From Promethearchaeota archaeon (GTDB taxonomy: Archaea > Asgardarchaeota > Lokiarchaeia > Sigyniarchaeales > SOKP01): 64,000 bases of DNA. Shown here piece by piece: positions 21,044-30,352 of the stretch. The DNA is taken from contig JAHPZE010000009.1 in the NCBI GenBank assembly GCA_019058365.1, positions 32,001-96,000 of the forward strand. Direction: 5' to 3'. Each line of letters starts with the position of its first letter. Positions within the stretch are counted from its first letter, which is position 1. Made by a program: the position numbers and the translations under genes. The notes beneath the pieces are model-generated. The model saw only the letters and a list, made by a program, of their open reading frames with translations. It was not told where the DNA came from and searched no databases.

Positions 21044-21065
21044 ATTTTATCACGCTTTTCTTCAA

Positions 21066-22346
21066 TTAAAATAATGCTATTTTTAAAAAGTATAATAAAT
21101 AAAACACTAATCCAAACAAAACTAAAAATTCAATAGCTAATTTTAAGGATCTTTTAATCAAATAACTATAAGGAATTAATTTTTCATGAAATAAACCTAA
21201 TTTCTCGAATAGATCACTAATTCTTATAGTTCCTAATCCTTGAGCAGTTGGGTCAAAATTCAAATCTAATCTGGATGTCTTTATTAAATCTATTATAGCA
21301 TTATATGAAATTTGAGGATTAAATTCTTTAATTAATGCTATTATCCCTACTGCAATTGAAGCAGAAACACTAGTACCGGTAACTCTTACCCGTAAATTAT
21401 TCGATAATGGCACAATTATATTTGAACTAGGCAAACATAAATCGGGTTTTATTCTTTCGTCTAAGGTAGGACCTCTTCCGCTAAATCTAGGTATTGTAAG
21501 TTCTTTTGTAAGAGCTCCAACTGTAATAACTTTTTCTGCTGCCCCAGGACTTCCTATAGTATAAGAATCAGGACCAAAATTACCTGCAGGGCTCACTATG
21601 ATTAAACCATTATTAACATATAGATTGCAAGCTAACGATAAGATATCTTTTCCATCAGATGGATCTTTAGTTGTTAGAGAAATTAAAAGAATGTCAATGT
21701 GAATTCTATCCTTATTAATCTTTTCAAATATTTTTAAAACATCAGAAATATGATATTCCTCATCTAATTTAGTTAATTTTAAATCAATTAGATTGATATT
21801 TGGAGCAATTCCAATAAAATTATCATCAATATCCTTAAACTGGTTGCTGATTATACTTGCCATAATAGTCCCATGAGTAATGTCTTTTATTGGTTCCTCA
21901 TTTTTATTTCCTTTTTTATTTCCATCTAAAGGATCCTTCAGCTTAGGTATTGATGGTAAACTTTCGTTTATCCCATCATCTACAATTCCTACATTAATAT
22001 TTGTTCCTCTATATATGATGTGGGAATTTTGATAATCATTTAGTCCTAAAATCTCTGAAACATCTAGCATTGAGAAATGAAGCTTTTGATCTTCTTCGAT
22101 TTGGTTTATTAACTTTTCTTTTTCAAAATGATAAATCTGGTCTTTCTCTAAATTAGCATAAATTGAAGGTATAATATCAAACTTACCCAAAATTTTCAAA
22201 TCTTTATATTTTTCTACGAATATTTCTCGATTTGACAAATCTTTAAATGAAATTATTACCTGAAATTTTTGATCTTTATGTTGAGTTTCAATCTTTTCTT
22301 TAAATGGACTATAAATTGTCATAATCTCAATTTTTATTAAGTTCAT
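21066..22346 (-). CDS. S8 subtilisin-family peptidase with C-terminal TM anchor
   Basis: Triad VDDG / HGT / GTS; oxyanion PAGN; I9-like prodomain; hydrophobic C-terminus. Confidence 0.88.
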   Translation of the reverse strand: MNLIKIEIMTIYSPFKEKIETQHKDQKFQVIISFKDLSNREIFVEKYKDLKILGKFDIIPSIYANLEKDQIYHFEKEKLINQIEEDQKLHFSMLDVSEILGLNDYQNSHIIYRGTNINVGIVDDGINESLPSIPKLKDPLDGNKKGNKNEEPIKDITHGTIMASIISNQFKDIDDNFIGIAPNINLIDLKLTKLDEEYHISDVLKIFEKINKDRIHIDILLISLTTKDPSDGKDILSLACNLYVNNGLIIVSPAGNFGPDSYTIGSPGAAEKVITVGALTKELTIPRFSGRGPTLDERIKPDLCLPSSNIIVPLSNNLRVRVTGTSVSASIAVGIIALIKEFNPQISYNAIIDLIKTSRLDLNFDPTAQGLGTIRISDLFEKLGLFHEKLIPYSYLIKRSLKLAIEFLVLFGLVFYLLYFLKIALF

Positions 22347-22362
22347 TAAAATTTTATTTGGA

Positions 22363-23934
22363 TTACCATGGCTTTTTTAATGTAGTTGACCTACTCATTT
22401 TAGATTTTTTTGGATAATCTATATTAAAATGAATTCCTCGGCTTTCTTTTCGTGATATTGCACTAACAATAATAATCTTTGCAACAGTTGCCAGATTTCT
22501 TAATTCAAGTAAATTTTTTTCTATTTTAAAATCCCAGTAATACTGGTTAATTTCATCTAATAATAAGTTAATTCTCTTCTTCGCTCTTTGTAAACGCAAA
22601 TCAGTGCGAACAATACCAACGTAGTTCCACATAAATCTCCTAATTTCATCCCAATTCTGTGAAATTATAACTGCTTCCGTAGATGGGACAGCATGGCCAG
22701 GTTCCCATTCGGGAAATTCTTTTATTTTCAATTTAGAAATGTTATTCTTAAGTGTAATGCTACATTCATGGGCGTTGACTAATCCCTCTAATAATGAATT
22801 ACTCGCTAATCTATTCGCTCCATGCAGTCCTGTACATGAAGATTCACCAATGACATATAGATTTTTAACTTCTGAAGTCCCATCAATCCTAGTTATCACA
22901 CCTCCGCAACAATAATGAGCAGCGGGGACGATAGGAATTGGTTCTTTGGTAATATCAATGTTAAATTTCAGACATTGTTCATAAATCCCTGGAAAATGAC
23001 TGATAATAAAATCTGAGCTTTTGTATGAAGCAATGTCTAATAATACATAATCATCGCCAGATTTCTTCAATTCAGCATCAATTGCTCTCGAAACTATATC
23101 CCTAGGTGCTAATTCTTTTTGGGGATGATAATTTTCCATAAATTGCTTTCCGTTAAAATCCTTTAATATTGCTCCTTCTCCTCGCATTGCTTCAGAAATT
23201 AAAAATGATTTTGCATATGGATGATATAAACATGTTGGATGAAATTGATAAAACTCCATATTTGAAATTGAACATCCTGCACGATAAGCCATAGCTATTC
23301 CATCCCCTGAAGCAATATCAGGATTAGTAGTATAGAGATATATCTTACCTGCACCTCCTGTTGCTAATATTGTAGCTCTTGCGGCAATATTATGGATCTC
23401 GCCACTATCTTGGTTTAAAACGTAAGCACCAAAACATTTGAAATTCTCAGCATATAAATTTACAGCGCAGCATTTTTCTTTTATTTCTACATTATGCAAT
23501 TTTTTAACTTTATCGATGAGTACTTGTTCAACACTTTGCCCTGTCTGATCATTTATATGAAGAATTCTTCTTTGGGAATGCCCTCCTTCTTGCCCTAAAT
23601 CGTATTCTCCTTCTTCATTGCGTGTAAATTCAATCCCTAAATCTATTAAATCTTTAATTCTATTAGGAGCTTGAGTAATTATCTCTCTAACAACGTTTTC
23701 ATCACACAAACCATCACCAGCTATTATCGTATCATGAATATGCTTTTCAAAATTATCACTTTTATCCCATACACAAGCAATGCCTCCTTGGGCATAGAAT
23801 GTACTGCTTTCATGTAAACTTTCTTTTGTTATCAATAAGATTTTTTCTTCAGGTACTAATTTAGAAAGATTTAATGCTAAAGAAAGTCCAGATATTCCAC
23901 TTCCAATAATTAAGAAATCTGTTTTATACTTCAA
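22363..23934 (-). CDS. nadB: L-aspartate oxidase
   Basis: GSGISG, YAQGGIA, EGGHS, QFHPT, LAPRDIV, AAHYCCGG, HGANRLASNSL, ESRG. Confidence 0.95.
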   Translation of the reverse strand: MKYKTDFLIIGSGISGLSLALNLSKLVPEEKILLITKESLHESSTFYAQGGIACVWDKSDNFEKHIHDTIIAGDGLCDENVVREIITQAPNRIKDLIDLGIEFTRNEEGEYDLGQEGGHSQRRILHINDQTGQSVEQVLIDKVKKLHNVEIKEKCCAVNLYAENFKCFGAYVLNQDSGEIHNIAARATILATGGAGKIYLYTTNPDIASGDGIAMAYRAGCSISNMEFYQFHPTCLYHPYAKSFLISEAMRGEGAILKDFNGKQFMENYHPQKELAPRDIVSRAIDAELKKSGDDYVLLDIASYKSSDFIISHFPGIYEQCLKFNIDITKEPIPIVPAAHYCCGGVITRIDGTSEVKNLYVIGESSCTGLHGANRLASNSLLEGLVNAHECSITLKNNISKLKIKEFPEWEPGHAVPSTEAVIISQNWDEIRRFMWNYVGIVRTDLRLQRAKKRINLLLDEINQYYWDFKIEKNLLELRNLATVAKIIIVSAISRKESRGIHFNIDYPKKSKMSRSTTLKKPW

Positions 23935-24042
23935 TTGAGTTAATCTATTTTTTCCATAATATAATTAGAATTTATTTTAGAATACAATTAATAAAATTAA
24001 AATTTTATTACAATTAAAATAAGAGAAATCATTTTTAAGGGT

Positions 24043-24162
24043 TTATTTTCTTAATTTTCTATTTATTTCGTTAATATTGTTCTCTACTACTTCAATACAT
24101 TGTTTTTGTTCCTTTTTGAAATTATCCAAAATTCTTTTTTGATAAAAAATATTTATTATCAA
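24043..24162 (-). CDS. Possible 39-aa small ORF or gene remnant
   Basis: Hand translation from TTG: LIINIFYQKRILDNFKKEQKQCIEVVENNINEINRKLRK*; amphipathic and coding-like. Confidence 0.3.
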   Translation of the reverse strand: MIINIFYQKRILDNFKKEQKQCIEVVENNINEINRKLRK

Positions 24163-24170
24163 TTAAGGAA

Positions 24171-24686
24171 TTGGAATATCAAAATATTCTTATGATAAAA
24201 CGTGTACTCTTTTACTGTGCGGGAAACACTTGTAGAAGTCCTTTTGCTGAAGCATATGCAAATTGGTTAAAAAAAACTAAGTTTAAAAAAGAACTACGAG
24301 AAGTAGAATTTGATTCCGCTGGGATCTACCACTATTATAAAACTGCTCAACCTGGAACAATAAATTATCTAAAGTTAAAAGGCATTGATATTAGTGATTT
24401 TACAACAAAAAAAATTAATTCAAAATTACTTGAGAAGCAAGATCTAATTTTAGGGTTCGAGCAAAAACATCACATTAACAAATTGAAAAGAAAATTTAAG
24501 AATCTTAAAGGAATTGACGATAAAGTCTTCTTATTATTAAAATATGTTGGTGAAAAAGAGAATTTAGAGATAAAAGATCCTTTTTATTTACCACAAGATG
24601 AGTATAATAAAATTCTTGAGAGGATCGAGAAAGGAGTATTGAAACTCATAGAAAAAATTATTGAAGTTAATAGAAAGGAAGAATAA
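24171..24686 (+). CDS. Low-molecular-weight protein phosphatase (LMW-PTP family)
   Basis: P-loop CAGNTCRS, DSAG, general-acid DPF; likely start ATG 24192. Confidence 0.92.
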   Translation: MEYQNILMIKRVLFYCAGNTCRSPFAEAYANWLKKTKFKKELREVEFDSAGIYHYYKTAQPGTINYLKLKGIDISDFTTKKINSKLLEKQDLILGFEQKHHINKLKRKFKNLKGIDDKVFLLLKYVGEKENLEIKDPFYLPQDEYNKILERIEKGVLKLIEKIIEVNRKEE

Positions 24687-24710
24687 GATCTAATTAATTT
24701 TATTTTTAAT

Positions 24711-26366
24711 TTATAAAAATTCAGAATACTTTTGACTGAAATATTTTTTTATTATATATTTAGTTGATGCAAATTTCTGAATATTTCCCTGAAAGTTCTT
24801 AAGGTCTTTAGAAAATGTTTGTTCAAACTCTTGTGAAAAATTATCAAGTTTTTTGAATAAAACAGGTAAGTCCGTAGTGGCTATTAAAGCAGCAATATGA
24901 TATTTTCCGAATGCAAAAAAAAGATGGTTTCCTTCTTTATCAATTTTCTTAATATACTTTTTACTTTGAGTTATTTCAGAGATAATAGTTATTATTCCTG
25001 ATAATGCGCCAGAAATAAGATCTTCATCAATTACACATTCAGTTTCCTCTTCTTTAGGCTGATATTTTTGTATAAAACTATGATTATAAATACAAACTCC
25101 ACTATTGCTGAAGATAAAAATGCTCTTTAACGCCTTTGCCCAATCTCTTTCTTTAGAAACCAAAATATCTTTTCCCGCCATTATCCAAACAAGAGTAATA
25201 ACTAAAACAAATGAATTGAGTAGGTTAGGCAAGTTTGGTAACACAGTTTCAATATTTGTTTCTGCATAAAGGACATCAATCCATCGATATAATAAATATC
25301 CTAAGGCAAGCCCAAAGCACATCAATGACATAAAAAGACCATTTATTCCTCCTCTATATTTTAAATTACCTCTTTCAGTCGAAAAATCTCCAGAGATTGT
25401 AATTATTGCTAATATTAGTGGAAGAATGGCCAAAGCGTAATGAATCGAGATATGGATTTTTATCGGAATCCAAAATACAGATTCTACATTTGGAAGATAA
25501 AAGGAACTATGCGATATATAAAAAAAGGAAACTACTAAAATTCCTATAATTAATGTATTCTTTCGGCCAACATTATCAAAAAACCAACCCGCAGCAATAA
25601 CATAAAAAAACGATATTACTGAAAAAGTTATAATATCAATGTTATACCCGTTGAAATAATCCAAGGATGTATACAATAAACCTCCTAAAATGCCACTTAA
25701 AAGGGCAAAAGTAATCGAATATCGAGAAAAATGTTTCTCAAAAATTAATTTTAAATATTTCTTATCAGATTTAAGTCTCTTTTCAGTCTCAATATATTTA
25801 TAGGTCCTTGAAAACCATACTATAATGATTAAGAAAATGGCTTCTATAATGATAAGAAAGATGAATAAATCCTTAAAAAAAATAAATATAAGCCCCGTTA
25901 AGCCTATAAGAAAGCAAGTCATTAATAATATTGCTGATATTCTTCCTCTATTTAAGATAGTTGTTTCATGAACTAGCGTTGAAAACCAAACTATAATTAA
26001 TTGAGGGATCGAAATCAATACAATTATTAAACTAATCAGATTAGTTAAAGGATATGAAAATGTACTTAGATACAAGCCTAATATACAAATAGACAGAGTT
26101 ATAATGTACAATCTTGTTTTATTTTTAATGATATCAACAAGGAATCCAGATAATAAGAAAATGAGAGAAATTACAAATAAGATGATAATTACTGGAATCT
26201 CTCGAGCAAACTCATGGGTCATATTAACAAAATAATCGAGTATAAAAAATTCAACTATTAAAATAATAGCAAGAAAAGAGAAAAACAAATAAAAAAATGA
26301 TTTCTTTCCTATGTTTAAATCTTTAGCAAATACTTTTCCAAACCAATATTTTATACTTTTTTTCAT
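24711..26366 (-). CDS. MFS-fold membrane protein fused to C-terminal longin domain (paralogue 1)
   Basis: ~12 TM; MFS motif A GWFFDNVGRK; soluble C-terminal ~140 aa with longin pattern (IFIFSNSGVCIYNHSF...DEDLISGALSGI). Confidence 0.8.
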   Translation of the reverse strand: MKKSIKYWFGKVFAKDLNIGKKSFFYLFFSFLAIILIVEFFILDYFVNMTHEFAREIPVIIILFVISLIFLLSGFLVDIIKNKTRLYIITLSICILGLYLSTFSYPLTNLISLIIVLISIPQLIIVWFSTLVHETTILNRGRISAILLMTCFLIGLTGLIFIFFKDLFIFLIIIEAIFLIIIVWFSRTYKYIETEKRLKSDKKYLKLIFEKHFSRYSITFALLSGILGGLLYTSLDYFNGYNIDIITFSVISFFYVIAAGWFFDNVGRKNTLIIGILVVSFFYISHSSFYLPNVESVFWIPIKIHISIHYALAILPLILAIITISGDFSTERGNLKYRGGINGLFMSLMCFGLALGYLLYRWIDVLYAETNIETVLPNLPNLLNSFVLVITLVWIMAGKDILVSKERDWAKALKSIFIFSNSGVCIYNHSFIQKYQPKEEETECVIDEDLISGALSGIITIISEITQSKKYIKKIDKEGNHLFFAFGKYHIAALIATTDLPVLFKKLDNFSQEFEQTFSKDLKNFQGNIQKFASTKYIIKKYFSQKYSEFL

Positions 26367-26565
26367 ATTTCTCTTATTTAGCGATATGCTTAAATCTAAA
26401 AAAAAAAAAATAGCTTTTCTATGAATATTAGAATAGTGTTGATTTGAATTGCATATATTTGATATTTGTACTATTTTTAGGACGTCTTTTTATTTAATAT
26501 TTTTCCCATAACTATTTGAATTAAAAAAGGTTATTAAATAATCAGAAAAGAGAGTTGTTTACTAA

Positions 26566-28209
26566 TTATTTTATAAATTCACTATACTTTTGACTGAAAT
26601 ATTTTAATATGAGAAATCTTGCAGGTTGAAAGTGTTGAACATTGCCTTGAAAATTTTTAAGATCTTTACTGAATTTTTGCTCAAATTCTCTTGAAAACTC
26701 ATCAATTTTTTTAAATAAAACGGGTAATTCCATTGAAGTAATCAATGCAACTATATGATACTTTCCATAAGTAAATAGGAGAGTAGCCTCTTCTTTTTGG
26801 ATTTGTCTAAGCTGTCTTTTACTATGAGTTATTTCGGATATTATAGTAATTATTCCACTTAAGGCTCCACTAACAAGATCTTCATCGAAGTTTTCGTCAA
26901 TTGTATCTTCCTTTATTTCACTTTTATGCTCAAAACTGTAATTATAAAGACAAACTCCACTTTTATTAAAAACAAAAATATTTTTAAGAGAATCTGCCCA
27001 ATTTTTTTCTGTAGATACTAAGAATTCTTTCATCGTCATCATCCAAGCCAAAAGAATAACCAATATGAATCCATTTAGAAGATCAGGAAAATCCGGTACA
27101 AAATTATTAAGATTAGGAAATCTATTATACAAATCATTTATAAAAATATTAAAAATATATCCCAGAATTGTTCCAAAGAACAATAATGACATAAAGAGTC
27201 CATTTATTCGACCCCGAAATTTCAAATTACCTCTCTCCGTAGAAAAATCTCCTGAAATTGTAAAAATAGCAAGTAAGAGGGGCAGTATTGAGAAACCATA
27301 ATGAATAGAGAGTACAATTTTTCTTGGCATACCAAAAATATAGTCTGAATCAATAAATGAGCCATACGAAATAAGAAAAAATGAAAGAACCACAATTCCT
27401 AATACAATTGATATTTTACGGCCAATATTATCCAAACAGCATCCCGCAGCCATAAGATATAAAAATGATGCTAAAGCAAATATAAAAAAATCTACTTCAA
27501 ATCCATATCCCGCTAATAAATTTCCTAAAATGAAACTTAATACAGTAAAACTAGAAGAGTATCTAAAAAAATGTTTTTCGAAAATTATATTTAAATATTT
27601 TTTATCAGATTTCAATCTTTTTTCCGTTTCTATGTATTTGTATTTACGGGAATACCAAAAAACAATTACAAAAATGCCTAATTCTACAACGCCTAAATAA
27701 ACATATAAAAATTCAAAAATGATAAAAATAACAGAAATAAATCCTAAGGAAAAACCACAAATCATTAAATAGGTCGTTATTCTTCCTCGATTTAAAATAT
27801 TGGTTTCATGAACTAATATCGTAAACCATAATATAATTAAATGAGGAATGGTTAAGAGCACAAGCAATAAACCTAAATAATATAAAATTAATCTAGGAAT
27901 AGCACTTATAAAAAGACCAGAAATGCAAATCAGAAATATTAGATTAAAGCATCTGGTCCTATTCTTTATTTTATCCACGACAATACCAGATATGAGAAAA
28001 CCAATAGCAAGAATTACTAAAAAAACATAAATTTCTAATCCTACAACTAAAACACCGCTAGTTAATATTGTATACTTAAATAAAAAAGCTTCAGCTATTA
28101 ACGTTATAGCGAGTAAAGAGAAAAATAAATAAACTAAATTAATCCTGGGCAAATTAATGTCTCTTGTGAAAACTTTAACAAACCAGTGTTTTAACGATTC
28201 TCTTTTCAT
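26566..28209 (-). CDS. MFS-fold membrane protein fused to C-terminal longin domain (paralogue 2)
   Basis: ~12 TM; motif A GCCLDNIGRK; longin IFVFNKSGVCLYNYSF...DEDLVSGALSGI; colinear with 24711..26366. Confidence 0.8.
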   Translation of the reverse strand: MKRESLKHWFVKVFTRDINLPRINLVYLFFSLLAITLIAEAFLFKYTILTSGVLVVGLEIYVFLVILAIGFLISGIVVDKIKNRTRCFNLIFLICISGLFISAIPRLILYYLGLLLVLLTIPHLIILWFTILVHETNILNRGRITTYLMICGFSLGFISVIFIIFEFLYVYLGVVELGIFVIVFWYSRKYKYIETEKRLKSDKKYLNIIFEKHFFRYSSSFTVLSFILGNLLAGYGFEVDFFIFALASFLYLMAAGCCLDNIGRKISIVLGIVVLSFFLISYGSFIDSDYIFGMPRKIVLSIHYGFSILPLLLAIFTISGDFSTERGNLKFRGRINGLFMSLLFFGTILGYIFNIFINDLYNRFPNLNNFVPDFPDLLNGFILVILLAWMMTMKEFLVSTEKNWADSLKNIFVFNKSGVCLYNYSFEHKSEIKEDTIDENFDEDLVSGALSGIITIISEITHSKRQLRQIQKEEATLLFTYGKYHIVALITSMELPVLFKKIDEFSREFEQKFSKDLKNFQGNVQHFQPARFLILKYFSQKYSEFIK

Positions 28210-28329
28210 TAGAACTAAATAGTATTGATTTCAGTATTATTTGTTAGGGTAACTTGTTATTTAATCTTTATGTCAGAACTTTCTCATAAATTTTAATTGA
28301 AATACAATTCTTTTTATACTTGATAAAAC

Positions 28330-28809
28330 ATGAATAAAATAAAGCGAGTTTTATTTGTTTGTCTAGGAAATATTGCAAGATCTCCAGTAGCAGAATACTT
28401 AGCTCGCTACTATGCTAGAAATCTTGAAGCAGATTTGAAAATCGATTCATGTGGCTTTTTCAATGCTTTTAGTTATATGCAACCAGAATCTCGTAATTAT
28501 TTGGATTCAAAAAAGATAAATCACTCAAACTTTATTCCAAAAGTAATTAATCGTAATTTATTAAAGTCCCAGGATTTAATCCTTACAATGGAAAGAACGC
28601 ATTCGAATGATATTAAGAACAATTTTAGTGATATTATTGATATTGAAAAAAAGACTTTTACATTAATGGAGTTTAATGGGGAAACTCATAATGTCGATAT
28701 TATTGATCCCTATTGTACCACTGATGACACCTATATAAAAGTTCTTAGAATAATCGATGAAAATGTTGAGAAAGCTATTATAAAAATTATTAAAATTAAT
28801 GAATCATAG
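28330..28809 (+). CDS. Low-molecular-weight protein tyrosine phosphatase
   Basis: P-loop CLGNIARS, IDSCG, DPY. Confidence 0.9.
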   Translation: MNKIKRVLFVCLGNIARSPVAEYLARYYARNLEADLKIDSCGFFNAFSYMQPESRNYLDSKKINHSNFIPKVINRNLLKSQDLILTMERTHSNDIKNNFSDIIDIEKKTFTLMEFNGETHNVDIIDPYCTTDDTYIKVLRIIDENVEKAIIKIIKINES

Positions 28810-28899
28810 AAAATCGTAATTTAAAAAGATAAGGTTTTAATTAGATAAGCGTCTTTCCAATAAAAAAATATAAATATAATTTCAAAGGTTCTATTTTTA

Positions 28900-29445
28900 A
28901 TGAATCAATTATTATTAAACAATTCTATTCTTGAAATTTTCGTAGGAGATTTAACCAATATCGAACAATATGATGCACTCGTTATTCCAACCAATAGTAG
29001 ACTATTACCCAGTGGCGAACTAAGGTGTAAAGTTTTAAGAAAAGCTGGAACACAGGTTCAAGTTGAATGTAATAGAATAATCAATAAGATTGTTCATATT
29101 TCTGTAGGATCATCTGTAATGACATCGGGAGGAAATTTAATAAAAAATATTATACACACGCATGGTCCAAGACCAGGGCAAGGAAACGAGGGAAAGAAGT
29201 TAATATTAGCTACATGGAATTCATTAACATTAGCAGATGAAAGTGGAATAAACTCTATAGTATTCCCCCCAATATCTATAGAGATGCGTGGTTTCACCGC
29301 AAAAGTTTGTGCTGAAACCATGTTACCTGCAATAAAGAAATATCTTTTGGAAAAAAATGAGAATTTAAGAAATGTTTCAATTTGTTTAGAAACTGAAGCG
29401 GATTATAAGGAATTTGAGAAAATTTTAGATACTTTATCTCATTAA
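28900..29445 (+). CDS. Macro domain protein (degenerate)
   Basis: VGDLT, DALV, TSGGNL, IIHTHGP, SIVFPPIS; catalytic-loop motifs altered. Confidence 0.85.
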   Translation: MNQLLLNNSILEIFVGDLTNIEQYDALVIPTNSRLLPSGELRCKVLRKAGTQVQVECNRIINKIVHISVGSSVMTSGGNLIKNIIHTHGPRPGQGNEGKKLILATWNSLTLADESGINSIVFPPISIEMRGFTAKVCAETMLPAIKKYLLEKNENLRNVSICLETEADYKEFEKILDTLSH

Positions 29446-29619
29446 TATTGCCTTTTTCAAATTGAAACACTCCTTTTTTAGTAATTTTATAATATTTGTT
29501 CTCTAATAACTAACTTAATTTTTTTGAATTAAGTTTTTAAATAAACTAAATGCTAATAATTATTAAATAGATATTTGTTAATTTTTATACTTAATTTTAG
29601 AAATTAGGGTTTATAAATA

Positions 29620-30147
29620 TTGGAACAATATAAAAAAGAGTTAAATGAAAGAATATTTAATCCAATTGAAAATATTAATTCAGTTAAAGGATTTGAAATT
29701 ATAACTGAATCCTTAGTCTATAAAGTTTATGATGTATTTGGCCGTAATAGCTTACTTTCAATTCTATATCAAACTGGAGTCTTTCCTGGCACTATTATTG
29801 CGGAGAGAATAAAAAAGGAATATAATAAAGAAAAATTTGAAATCATGGAAGCTTTAGTAATTCTAATGGATGAATTAAAAGAATTTTATTCAATACAAGT
29901 TCGAGATATTGAACAATATGAAGATAGATATAGGGTTATCATCGAAAATCACTGCTTTTTACGTAGACCAATAAGTCATCGCGAAAAGCTAGATTATGGA
30001 AAAGCATTTTGTAGGATTAATAAGGGATATTTTGAGACTGCCTTCCAGAAACTCTTAGGGGATAATGTAAAGAAAATTGAAATAAATTTTCTTGAAAATG
30101 ATGCTGAGAAAGACGTATGTGTAGAAGAACTTACTTTTTATATTTAA
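29620..30147 (+). CDS. V4R-domain (TRAPP/Bet3-related fold) protein
   Basis: LYQTGVFPG helix; NHCF...FCRINKGYFE...DVC Cys pattern typical of V4R. Confidence 0.72.
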   Translation: MEQYKKELNERIFNPIENINSVKGFEIITESLVYKVYDVFGRNSLLSILYQTGVFPGTIIAERIKKEYNKEKFEIMEALVILMDELKEFYSIQVRDIEQYEDRYRVIIENHCFLRRPISHREKLDYGKAFCRINKGYFETAFQKLLGDNVKKIEINFLENDAEKDVCVEELTFYI

Positions 30148-30352
30148 TATAATCTTTAATATTTTTTAGAAATTAAGGATATAAAAACAGGTTTTTAATT
30201 TTTTTATAAATATAGAAGACGAATTAAATACATTAAATCGATTAAAGAAAACATATCATTTTCTTTTTTTGAAAAAAAAATATAATATATGTTAAATTAA
30301 ACATAACAAAATTCTAAATTAAAATTAATATTTAAGAGGTTGAAATATAAAA

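Noticed and set aside
24171-28809. Arsenic-resistance operon (ArsC plus efflux pump)
   Set aside because: The phosphatases lack ArsC redox cysteines; no ArsR or Acr3; the membrane proteins carry longin domains.
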